A stretch of DNA of 64,000 bases from an uncultured bacterium (GTDB lineage: Bacteria; Acidobacteriota; Thermoanaerobaculia; Multivoradales; JAHZIX01). Both the position numbers and the translations under genes were made by a program. The notes under the pieces are model-generated. The model was not told the DNA's origin, did not search any database, and saw nothing but the letters and a program-made list of their open reading frames with translations. Positions within the stretch are counted from its first letter, which is position 1, and each line of letters starts with the position of its first letter. Location: positions 1 through 64,000 of the forward strand of contig CBDUPA010000026.1 in NCBI GenBank assembly GCA_965368975.1, given 5' to 3'. This document shows positions 31,201-39,321 of this stretch, piece by piece.

Positions 31201-32973
31201 CGGCGGCACCTCCGGTACCCGGTAGCAAGTGGTGAAGGTGGTCGCTTCGGTCGGGCCGTAGCCGTTGATGTGCACCGTCGGACCTTGGGCCATCGACGCG
31301 CGCACGGCGTCCGGATCGCAGCGCTCGCCGCCGAACATGAGCGTGCCGACGTGGGCCAGCAGGTCCGGCACCTGGCGCGCATACTGGTGGAACAGCGACG
31401 CCGTCAGCCACAGCACGGTCGGTCGCAGGCGCTCGAGGGCCGTGCGCAAGCGCTCGGCGGACAGCAGCGTCTCGCGCTCGATACCCAGGAGGTGGCCGCC
31501 GTGCAGCAGTGAGCCCCAGAGTTCCAGTGTGGCGACGTCGAACGAGGTGTTGGACGCCTGTACGATGCGCTCCTCGGGGCCAAACTCGTAGTAACGGCCG
31601 CCGAACACCAGGCGCACGACGGCTCGTTGCGGAATTACCACACCCTTCGGCCGGCCGGTCGAGCCCGAGGTGTAGATCACATACGCTGGGTACTCCGGGC
31701 CGACGCGCGGTAGTGGTGGTTCTTCCTGAGAGGCTAGTTCGCCCTCAGCAACTGGCGCCGTGAACAATTCTTCGTCGACATACAGCACGCGGCAGCCCTG
31801 CGCCGCCAGCTCGTCGAGCGGCAAGCGTGCCGCCTGCACCTTGTCGGTGATCAACACCGGCGTCGCGGTGTCTTCGGCCATCCACACCAGTCGCTCGGCT
31901 GGATAGGCGGGGTCCAGCGGTGCGTACGCCGCGCCCGCCAAGATGATCGCCACGAAGCTGGTGATCAGCTCTGGCGAGCGTTCCAGGCAGACCGCCACCA
32001 GGTCGCCCGGTCGCACGCCGTGCGCGCGCAGATGGTGCGCCAGGCAGCGCGCTCGCTCGTCCAGTTGCCGGTAGTTCAGACACACTTCGCCGTAGCTCAC
32101 CGCCGGCCGTTCCGGGTACGTCTCGACGGCGTGCTGGAACAGCTCCGTGAGACCGCGGTCGAGCGGTGCCTGCGTGCGCGCCGCACCGTTCCAGGCGTCG
32201 AGCAACTGCCACTGGCCGTCGCTCACCATCTCGAGCTCCGTCAGTCGCGACGACGGCGTCGCCGCCACGGCCGCGAGCAAGCGGGCAAAGCTCGCCAGCA
32301 GGTTCTCGATCGTCGCGGGATCGAAGAGCTCGCTCTCGTAGACGGCGCTCAGATAAGGCTCGGTGTCCGAGACCGTCACCAGCGTTACCGCCAGATCGTG
32401 CGCAACCGGCACCGTGGTTTCACGATCGACGCCGCGGTGCTCGAACAAGACCTCGGTGAACGGATTTCTTGTCCCAGCGTGGGCCTCTGGTCGCAACGCG
32501 GAGACCAGGTCTGACCACGGAACCGCCTGCTCACGAGTCTTCCGTGCGAGGGTCCGAACGTGTGTGAGCAACTGGGCGAAGCTTGGCTGCCCGCCGACTT
32601 CGGCCGGGACCTCGACCGGGACCTCGACCGGGACCTCGACCGGGGCTGCCGTCAGCTGCACACGCACGACGGTCAGGTCGTCGTGCATCCACCCTACCGC
32701 CAGGTCCGTATGCCCTGTCAAGCGGCTGAGCCAAGCCGAGAACGCGGCGAGGCCCGCGACTGACAGATCTGGGTCCAGGTCTCGTAGCCGCTCGATCAGC
32801 GCCGCCGACAACGCACGAACTTGCCGTCCCGGTTTGCCTAGGGACGTCTTCGTTCGCGTCCGGTCGATCGGCAACTCCAAGCGTCCCGGCTCGGCGCCCG
32901 CTAGGCGGTCACGCCAAGCTTCGATCAGTTCCGCCTCGGGTTCACTGCGGCCGCTTGGTTGACTCGGTGGCAT
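19222..32973 (-). CDS. Hybrid NRPS-PKS-NRPS: truncated C-A1-T-C-A2-T-KS-AT-ACP-C-A3-T-R (terminal reductase)
   Basis: Three (Y/T)TSGSTGRPKG A domains. Carrier motifs GGHSL x3 and GGSSL. C domains HHIATDG and HHSILDG. KS TACSTS/HGTGT/GHMD. AT GHSLG. R domain TGGTGFLG/ST/YEQSK. AAGGA RBS before the ATG at 32973. Confidence 0.95.
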   Translation of the reverse strand: MPPSQPSGRSEPEAELIEAWRDRLAGAEPGRLELPIDRTRTKTSLGKPGRQVRALSAALIERLRDLDPDLSVAGLAAFSAWLSRLTGHTDLAVGWMHDDLTVVRVQLTAAPVEVPVEVPVEVPAEVGGQPSFAQLLTHVRTLARKTREQAVPWSDLVSALRPEAHAGTRNPFTEVLFEHRGVDRETTVPVAHDLAVTLVTVSDTEPYLSAVYESELFDPATIENLLASFARLLAAVAATPSSRLTELEMVSDGQWQLLDAWNGAARTQAPLDRGLTELFQHAVETYPERPAVSYGEVCLNYRQLDERARCLAHHLRAHGVRPGDLVAVCLERSPELITSFVAIILAGAAYAPLDPAYPAERLVWMAEDTATPVLITDKVQAARLPLDELAAQGCRVLYVDEELFTAPVAEGELASQEEPPLPRVGPEYPAYVIYTSGSTGRPKGVVIPQRAVVRLVFGGRYYEFGPEERIVQASNTSFDVATLELWGSLLHGGHLLGIERETLLSAERLRTALERLRPTVLWLTASLFHQYARQVPDLLAHVGTLMFGGERCDPDAVRASMAQGPTVHINGYGPTEATTFTTCYRVPEVPPGATSVPIGEPVGNTEVLVLDRWQRPAPIGAAGELVVGGPGLAQGYHRRPALTAGVFIPHPCSARVGHEQPGARVYRTGDLVRWLPSGVLDYIGRIDHQVKVRGFRVELGEIEAQLGQHPAIKERAVVMQDDGRGSKRLVAFVVIGAEVAAPSVEELRSFLGQSMPEYLVPTGFQFLHELPLNANGKVDRRALPAFDFEHAGVSEAELVEPRNDLERQIAALWCEVLGAERVGVETSFFALGGHSLLATQLLARVRDILGLELSLHEIFEHPTVAALARRIQEVQAAGTSTAAALPPIPRLDPTRPAPLSFGQRRLWFLHQLELSSALYNIPSAFELHGALDIQALDRALADVARRHAVLRTRYGSRDGEPVALVDPPRPWHLEIVDLSGLQDADRQRKSRDLVAREAGAPFDLEHDAVWRTRLLRAGAELHVLILNIHHIATDGWSQDLIAKEMSQLYNVFHQGQASPLPEPELQYADFAAWQASWLEEAEQQRLVTYWRRQLDGLEPADLPADRPRPRVQQADGALHVVTLPGELSEGLRGLARQHGETLFTALLAAFYVLFARFSGHHDLAVGTPSAGRYRTEFENLVGLFANTLVLRLDLAAAEHGNRTFADLLANTRQTVVGAQIHQALPFERLVQELEPTRDAARTPFFQVLFQVLAMELAPSLPGLDQRPLHGHSGTAKFDVEVTIFDRAEGLRVSVEYATALFDATTIERLFEAYRLLLQGVLDHPELPLWRLPLVPAADRQLIDLVNRTERPLPPDVTLHALVAQQAAQTPAQTALIAEGVAEGTSGGTSEAVETLAYAQLWQRVHRLAALLRRRGVAPEEAVAVCLPRTPELVVALLAVLEAGGSYLPLDPTYPPQRLAFMVQDTRARRVLTDRALAHLFDELVDKPSDETAKGPELLFLDELDLAAPTADAAAAPAASRVDPRQRAYFIYTSGSTGRPKGVEISHRNAVAMLTWAARIFPPDELAGVAAVTSVCFDLSIYELFLPLTQGGTVILARDALHLLEHPARERVTLLNTVPSAIAELAAAEGIPDSARVINLAGEPLRRALVDQVYAASKAVKVYNLYGPSEDTTYSTYSLVPGKLLSGKLLSRGRDAEPTIGGPIDNTQVHVLDARGEAVPIGVLGELMLAGEGVTRAYLGRPGLTAERYLPDPFGKAGQRLYRTGDRARWRADGELELLGRLDHQVKLHGYRIELGEVEAALRRHPSVTGAAVLVRGQRLVAYVIAGAGTTVSDADLRDFAAARLPGYMMPAVFDRLDELPLTPNGKIDRKALALRPLPDEQHETAAGAPPADEAEAFVAELWRQVLGLDAVPADKNFFDLGGHSLLLPRLHLRLKQRWPRVRILDLLQHTTVRRLAGFLGAPGGDKSASARPVHSPEQLLPERHPTAAAGSASGRDIAIVAVAGRFPHAPDIDALWRCITDGVEAIERFDREQLLQAGEDPARVDDPDYVPAGTKVDHIRDFDAAFFDFGAREAALTDPQQRLLLECAWEALERAGWAGDTYPGEVGVFAGIGGPGYLVKHLLTRPEILHQQGEVQSMIATGPDFTATRVAYKLGLRGPAVSVQTACSTSLVAVHLACQSLLSGDCDMALAGGCTLQIPHGVGYLHVADSIASPDGHCRAFDARAGGTVESSGAGMVVLKRLADARADGDPIVAVIKGTAINNDGDAKVGYTAPSIEGQTRVIVKALQRAGVAPASLGYVECHGTGTVLGDPIEVDALRRAYTQQTHVEEQSIALSSFKTQVGHMDTAAGVGGLIRAALSLQHRQIPPNLHFQTPNPELDLEDSPFYVPAEARPWPAGETPRRAAVSAFGIGGTNAHVILEEAASESAADRPGHPMQLLRLSARTAAALEANAASLAQHLEEQPASPAGLDFADIAFTLHRGRKDFEHRLTTIVDAADPAQAVQQLRGLTPRARQLGQLPPSPPSVVFLFAGQGTQHAGMARQLYANEEVFRRQLDEGCALLEPLLGLDLRELILATGDTSEHTAEDAQRRLATLDLGQPALFLVEYALAQLWQSWGIEPRAMLGHSLGELVAATLAGVFERDTALRLVAARGRLMAATPTGAMLAVTRPAAEVEARLRETGMAETLSLATVNSPSDCVVAGTVAAIEAFETTLAAEEIETRRLHLTTAAHSLLMEPILDAYRAEVEHAAPKTPERPFVSCITGRWIEPAEAASIDYWTRHLRHAVRFGDSLQRLFELHQSEPGGIVLLELGPGHTLSTLVRRNESQGTNHPVIRTLPHPRDETSDLAQVLEAVGRLWLLGVDVDPNTFWAGQERRRVVLPTYPFERQRCWIEPGRRGATTPGMVPAEDAAPGSVGPGHVGPGPAEPARTPDAVPLGGTTAAVADAWRELLGLETVDPDAEFLDLGGHSLLATQLAHLLRRRFGVEVRATEILGKAPTVAEQAALIDARRPMTGELAPAPRSQPLPLSDSQERLWLLAQLGADGDGDGGSAAYNLPVVLHLHGRLDAGALRRALAELARRHEVLRTAFVLDDGKPVQRIEEPGPVELPVIDLRRIRGAETFVRQQTLRDLARPMDLARAPLWRARLWHVREEAADDDESKSKSQEACYLGLTMHHSILDGWSGRVLFRDLAALYSQQSGTDDTAAARLPELPIQYADYAVWQRRRLDEAGKASAPGQDGLAPQLEYWRRQLAGAPPILELPLDHARPSVHSFRGRRLTFSVPGSVLAGLRTLARQAKATMFPVVLAAFQLLLARWSGQWDVCVGTPVANREEPRTQELIGFFVNTVVLRTVIDPNSDFARLVARVKEVVTGGFANQELPFERLVSELRPQRDAGVNPLFQVMLVFHNTPPVGDDFAGIPFEMLEPDSETSHFDLTLSLEEQAPQAGTKEGNGQLAGLIDFSTDLFETDTIERLIDGFQTLLAAVASQADGIDVAALPVMSPAEATRVVVEWNATTVDWRQSLAVPEATPHDCLHDLVLRQATRRPHAIAVEAADGRLSYGHLVRHARALAARLRRTGVAPGDLVGLALPGSCNAMVAIVAIHLAGAAYLPLDPGAPAERQRQILEDNGCRVLIGTARLTGYKGRLVPPRGHSAPATPLPTSSSAGFSPDYPAYVITTSGSTGRPKGVAVSHRSAVNLAYAFVQHHGLRETHRFLAIPPLHFDASVGDLFPAWAAGACLIFHPAPGRLTGDRLDRFCTRRRVSVIDTAVALWKAWLDDWLVSQKLASQGRARNRQLVLPDLEVMMVGGEAVNTHQLATWAQLASPRARVFNHYGPTEATVCATSYPTRDGSEVTRPALPIGAPLPNVRVYVLDTHLRPQPASVAGELCLGGAGIALGYLRLPARTAEVFVPDPFARGEGSSPVGGNPGGRLYRTGDLARWLPVRSGEHATSTQGVLEFLGRRDRQVKIRGFRIELGEIEATLQRHPEVASAVVVAFGEGAAAQLVGYVVAKSTETTPPALDTLRTFLADHLPAYMVPSTIVPLEVLPLTPNGKVDLRALPAPTVGTAEPVTPRTPLEAQLLEIWRELLSAPQLGVEDDFFAAGGSSLLAMQLASRMQLELLLEIPLTKLFEATTVAAFARVVEALRAGETQTLDLRARAVLDPAIQPRESRPGQPRPEKDRPTGTGVLVTGGTGFLGAYLIDELLRARNGDIYILVRADTIEAGRQRIQRNLEAYDLWSDIESRGDAGRKDAARLVPVLGDLSQPRLGLDAAAFARLAAQLGELHHNAAAVDFVRPYSALEAINVHGTEEVLRLASLDGARPVHFVSTLGLFLQPAYEGTTVTEDDAPSPDGLDKGYEQSKWVAEQLCEQARERGLPVNILRPARVSGAASSGAANTQDLFYSWIKGCVQLGLAPDIAHAIDLMPVDYLAKAIVCLAADLATDLDSGNLGTGTLGRAYHFYNRRTLPFRELARWVNVHVQPLRLVPYGEWVTALRSAVAAQQENALASFLALFGDTLEEDRQPTFEQHHSQARLQAAGLVCPPADDTLLTTYFDYLERTGFLRRTRPETPRLKLPPLKTSVPPA
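32604..32644. repeat. in-frame 12-bp tandem repeat (PVEV x3) in the NRPS N-terminus
   Basis: CCGGGACCTCGA x3 plus a partial copy. Confidence 0.9.
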
Positions 32974-33302
32974 CGGGTTCCTTTTCAAGGCAACAGCACA
33001 AATCAACCGCAAGGCAGCGCTTAGGCTGCCACGGTACTCGTTGCCCTGTGACCTGGCGACTGTGTTCAGTCTTTAGTGAAGAGGAACCCGGATGTCCTGT
33101 GATCAGAGCATGCAGACGCTCGGGAGACGACCTTCGCCGAGCCCAAGCTGAGAGGTCCAGTATAGACCAGCTTCGATTTCGAGTGGTTGGGTTAGTACTG
33201 AGGTGCTCACGGTAAAGGTCTTCGCGCGGACTCTGTCTGGTTGTCGCGTCGGTGGCCGGCGCGTGATCGCGGATCTCGCTGAAGTAGTCGGCGGTCCGAG
33301 TG

Positions 33303-33375
33303 ACTCAGGACTTGGTACTCAGGACTTGGTACTCAGGACTTGGTACTCAGGGCTTGATACTCAGGGCTTGATACT
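33303..33375. repeat. intergenic 14-bp tandem repeat (5 copies)
   Basis: ACTCAGGACTTGGT x3, then ACTCAGGGCTTGAT x2, then ACT. Confidence 0.95.
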
Positions 33376-33381
33376 GGCACC

Positions 33382-33606
33382 CTACCTGTTCGGCGTGCCT
33401 GCGGGAGAACGAACGAGGATGAACCCTTCCCGCCGCGCCGCTTCCGTCAAGCGTTGGTCGAGCGCGAGAAACTGATGCCCGTCCGGTTGGTTTTCCGCCC
33501 AACGCAGTGCGGCGCCGAGCTGGAAGGCGTCCGCCGTGCGAAGAGGATGCCGCAAGAGCAAGCGCTCCGCATTCTGTCGGACTTGCTCGGAAGGAAGGAT
33601 TTCCAC
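33382..33606 (-). pseudogene. C-terminal remnant of a PIN/VapC toxin
   Basis: AERLLLRHPLRTADAFQLGAAL...FLALDQRLTEAARREGF is the second half of a PIN domain. The N-terminal DTS motif and the antitoxin are absent; an unrelated gene ends 10 bp upstream. Confidence 0.75.
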
Positions 33607-33616
33607 CGATGTGGCC

Positions 33617-34300
33617 TTACCCGGTTCCTGTCAATCCCATGAACAAAGTGTGCCGGTCCCCCTTGCCTCCCGCGCGTGCCCGCACGCGGTAGGTCTTGGT
33701 CTGGAAGCCAGCACGTTGCAGGCGATCGCTGAAGCGGGGGTCGTCGCTGGCGGACCAGACGGCGAGCACGCCTCCTGGTTTCAGTGCTCGCTGCAGGCGC
33801 TGCAAGCCGGACTGGATATACAGCCGTTCGTTGCCGTTCAGCGTCAGCGCGGCGGGGCCATTGTCGACATCGAGGAGGATGACGTCGTAGCGTGCCTCGA
33901 CACCTAAGAGATCCTGGACGTCGGTGACTTGTAGGTCGGTGCGCGGGTCGTCGAGAGGATGGTCGGCGAGGTGACCGAAGTAACGCTGGTTCCAGTCGAC
34001 GACGGCGGGGAAGACCTCGGCGACGGTGACAGTAGCGCTCTCGAAGGCGTCGAGGCTGTCGAGGGCTGCGCGCAAGGTGAAGCCCATACCGAGACCGCCG
34101 ATCAGGACGTGAGGAGACGGGATTGAGGTTCCCAGGGCTGAGAGCGCCAACCGTGCTAGCTCTTCTTCGGAGCCATGGGCTCGACTGGACATCAGGTCGT
34201 AGGTGTCGATCTCGATCTGGAAGCTGTCGCCGTGCTGGTAGAGCACTAACTCGGAGCCGTCGCGGGTGACCACGCTGTCGAGGATGCGGCGCGGTTTCAT
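33617..34300 (-). CDS. Spermidine-synthase-like SAM-dependent protein
   Basis: LMSSRAHGSEEELA; VLIGGLGMGFTL; YDVILLDVDNGP; LKPGGVLAVWS. Confidence 0.85.
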   Translation of the reverse strand: MKPRRILDSVVTRDGSELVLYQHGDSFQIEIDTYDLMSSRAHGSEEELARLALSALGTSIPSPHVLIGGLGMGFTLRAALDSLDAFESATVTVAEVFPAVVDWNQRYFGHLADHPLDDPRTDLQVTDVQDLLGVEARYDVILLDVDNGPAALTLNGNERLYIQSGLQRLQRALKPGGVLAVWSASDDPRFSDRLQRAGFQTKTYRVRARAGGKGDRHTLFMGLTGTG

Positions 34301-34303
34301 GTG

Positions 34304-36271
34304 TTACGAACTCGCCTCGGCGATGGCTTCGAGCTCTGTCCAACGCTCGTAGGCTGTCGCTAGCTCGCACGCGGCAGCTTCCAGCCGCGCCTTGACCTCG
34401 ACCACCTTGCCGCCATCGCCATCACGGTACAGCGTAGGGTCAGCGAGCGTCGCGTGCAGTTCTTCTTGCTCGGCTTCCAGCGCCTCGATGTGTGCCGGTA
34501 GGGCTTCGAGTTCCTGCTTCTCGCGGTAGCTGAGATTCCGTGGTCTACTGCCGTTCGCGGTCTCTGGCCGCGATGGGTCCTGCTTGGATGCTCTCTTGCC
34601 CTTCGCGGGCGTACCCTTCGTCGTGGTGCCGGCTTCGGGCTTTGGACGCTGGGCCAGCCAATCCTCGTAGCCACCGGCGTAGTCCCCGACCTTGCCGTTC
34701 CCTTCCATCACCAAAGTGCTGGTGACCACGTTGTCGAGGAAGTCACGGTCGTGGCTGACCAGCAGGAGGGTGCCTTGGAACTCGACCAGCAAGGACTCGA
34801 GCAACTCCAGCGTCTCGACGTCGAGATCGTTGGTCGGCTCGTCCATCACCAGCAGGTTGCACGGACGGGTAAACAGGCGCGCCAGTAGCAGGCGGTTGCG
34901 CTCGCCGCCGGACAGCGACTTGACGGGACTGCGTGTTTGCGCCGGCGGGAACAGGAAGTCGCTCAGGTAGCTGATGACGTGGCGCGTCTTGCCGCCGACC
35001 GTCACCTTGTCGTTGCCGCCCGCGACGTTGTCCGCCACCGTCGCCTCTTCGTCCAGTTGTTCGCGATGCTGGTCGAAGACGGCGATTTCGAGCTTGGTGC
35101 CGTGCTTGACGTGGCCGGCGGTCGGCGTGAGCTTGCCGAGCAGCAGCTTGAGCAGCGTGCTCTTGCCCGAACCGTTGGGCCCCAGGATGCCGACTTTGTC
35201 GCCGCGGGCGATGGTCGTGGTCAGGTCTCGAATCAGGAAGTCGGGTGCTGTGGCTTTGGCGTTGGCGTCGGTGTCGTAAGCGAAGCTCAGCCCTTCGACT
35301 TCGATCACCTTCTTGCCCGAGCGCTCCTGGTCGTCCAGCCGCAGGCGCGCCGACCCGGCCAGCTCGCGACGCTGCCGGCGTTGCTCGCGCAGCCGTTCGA
35401 GCGCCCGCACCCGACCCTCGTTGCGCGTGCGCCGGGCCTTGATGCCCTGGCGGATCCACGTTTCTTCCTGCGCCAGCTTCTTGTCGAAGCGCGCATTCTG
35501 CTCCGCCTCGACCTCCAGCTCATGCGCCTTGCGCTCCAGGTAGCGCGTGTAGTCGCCGGGCCAGTCCCGGAGGTGCCCGCGGTCGAGTTCCAGGATGCGC
35601 GTTGCCAGGCGGCGCAGGAAGGCGCGGTCGTGGGTGACGAAGATCAGGGTGCCCGGGTAGCCGAGCAGCAGTTCTTCGAGCCACTCGATAGCTGGGATGT
35701 CGAAGTGGTTGGTCGGTTCGTCGAGCAGCAGCAGGTCCGGCTCGGCGACCAGCGCGCGCGCCAGCAGGGCTCGACGCTTGAGGCCGCCGGACAGCGTCTC
35801 GAACCGTGCGTCACTGCCGTGCGGTGGTGCGTCGAGCTGGAGCTTGGAGATCGCCGTCTCGACGCGCTGCTCGTGCTGCCAGGCACCGGCCGCGTCCATC
35901 CGCTCTTGTAACGTCGCCAGTCGTGCCAGGTCGGCGTCGCCGTGCAGGTTGTGGCTCAGGTGATGGTAGTCACTGAGTAGCGCACCCAGGTCAGCCAGAC
36001 CGGAGGCGACGATGTCGAACACCTCACCCTCGATGTCCTGCGGTACCTCCTGCACCAGGCGCGTGATGCGCGTGCCGGGCGAGGTGATCACCTCGCCGCC
36101 ATCCGGCTGCAACTCGCCCGCCAAGATCTTCATCAGCGTCGACTTGCCGCAGCCGTTGCGTCCCACCAACGCGACGCGCTCGCCGGGGTCGACGTGGAAG
36201 CTGATGCCGTCCAGAATCGGTGCATCCGCGCCATAGCCGAGGGTCAGATCACGCGCACCGAGCAGGGCCAT
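34304..36271 (-). CDS. uup: ABC-F ATPase Uup
   Basis: Two ABC domains (GRNGCGKST, LSGG, DEPTNH; GPNGSGKST, DEPTND). Linker WIRQGIKARRTRNEGRVRAL. C-terminal LSYREKQELE coiled coil. Confidence 0.93.
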   Translation of the reverse strand: MALLGARDLTLGYGADAPILDGISFHVDPGERVALVGRNGCGKSTLMKILAGELQPDGGEVITSPGTRITRLVQEVPQDIEGEVFDIVASGLADLGALLSDYHHLSHNLHGDADLARLATLQERMDAAGAWQHEQRVETAISKLQLDAPPHGSDARFETLSGGLKRRALLARALVAEPDLLLLDEPTNHFDIPAIEWLEELLLGYPGTLIFVTHDRAFLRRLATRILELDRGHLRDWPGDYTRYLERKAHELEVEAEQNARFDKKLAQEETWIRQGIKARRTRNEGRVRALERLREQRRQRRELAGSARLRLDDQERSGKKVIEVEGLSFAYDTDANAKATAPDFLIRDLTTTIARGDKVGILGPNGSGKSTLLKLLLGKLTPTAGHVKHGTKLEIAVFDQHREQLDEEATVADNVAGGNDKVTVGGKTRHVISYLSDFLFPPAQTRSPVKSLSGGERNRLLLARLFTRPCNLLVMDEPTNDLDVETLELLESLLVEFQGTLLLVSHDRDFLDNVVTSTLVMEGNGKVGDYAGGYEDWLAQRPKPEAGTTTKGTPAKGKRASKQDPSRPETANGSRPRNLSYREKQELEALPAHIEALEAEQEELHATLADPTLYRDGDGGKVVEVKARLEAAACELATAYERWTELEAIAEASS

Positions 36272-36290
36272 TCTGTTCTCGACTGCTGCG

Positions 36291-38684
<2,394 letters not shown>

Positions 38685-38786
38685 GGTGTTCTCCGGTTCG
38701 AGTTGGATGGTGCTCCGACGGGGCGGAGGAGTGAGCGTATAGGAAAGCGTCGGTGAGGGGCAAAGGTTCTGCGGTAGGGTGATGGT

Positions 38787-39320
38787 ATGAAGCCTTCTAA
38801 GCGTCCCATCGTCGGCGTCATGGGCTCCGGTAGCTCGACGCATCCAGACCGTACTGTGCCCTTGGGCCAGCTCCTGGCTCGACTCGGAGTCCACCTGCTC
38901 ACCGGCGGTGGCTCAGGCGTGATGGAGAGCGTCAGCGCGGCGTTTGCACGGGAAGATCGCCAAGGAAGTGTGATCGGTATCCTGCCGTGCCGGGTGGACG
39001 ATCCGTTGCTTCGCCCCAAGTCCGGCTACCCCAATCGCTATGTCGAAATCCCGATCCGCACGCATCTTCCTCTCAGTGGCCTCGACGGTGCCGACCCGCT
39101 GTCGCGCAACCACATCAACGTTCTCACTGCGGATGCTGTCGTGGTGCTACCGGGAAGTTCGGGAACCTCGAGCGAGGCGCGGTTGGCGGTGCAATACCAG
39201 CGTCCGGTGATCGCGTATCTCGGGGCACGGGACGAGGTGCCGGATCTGGATGAAGCGATCGAGGTGGTCAACGAGCTGGCGGAGGTCGAGACTTTCTTGC
39301 GGCGGGCGCTGAGGATGTAG
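38787..39320 (+). CDS. LOG/SLOG-family (TIGR00725-like, Moco-carrier-like) protein
   Basis: [45 protein letters not shown]. Confidence 0.8.
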   Translation: MKPSKRPIVGVMGSGSSTHPDRTVPLGQLLARLGVHLLTGGGSGVMESVSAAFAREDRQGSVIGILPCRVDDPLLRPKSGYPNRYVEIPIRTHLPLSGLDGADPLSRNHINVLTADAVVVLPGSSGTSSEARLAVQYQRPVIAYLGARDEVPDLDEAIEVVNELAEVETFLRRALRM

Positions 39321-39321
39321 A

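Noticed and set aside
19260-32962. Numerous long antisense or alternate-frame ORFs inside the NRPS-PKS and other genes (e.g. 22021-23655 +, 37089-38756 +)
   Set aside because: Shadow ORFs typical of high-GC coding DNA; no motifs, and they overlap well-supported genes.
14427-32973. Pyrrolobenzodiazepine- or actinomycin-type cluster suggested by KMO + methyltransferase + R domain
   Set aside because: No kynureninase or TDO and no aryl-acid A domain; a PKS module is present; the A-domain codes point to Val and Ala.
33303-33375. Repeat array as a CRISPR
   Set aside because: The 14-bp units are contiguous, with no spacers and no cas genes.
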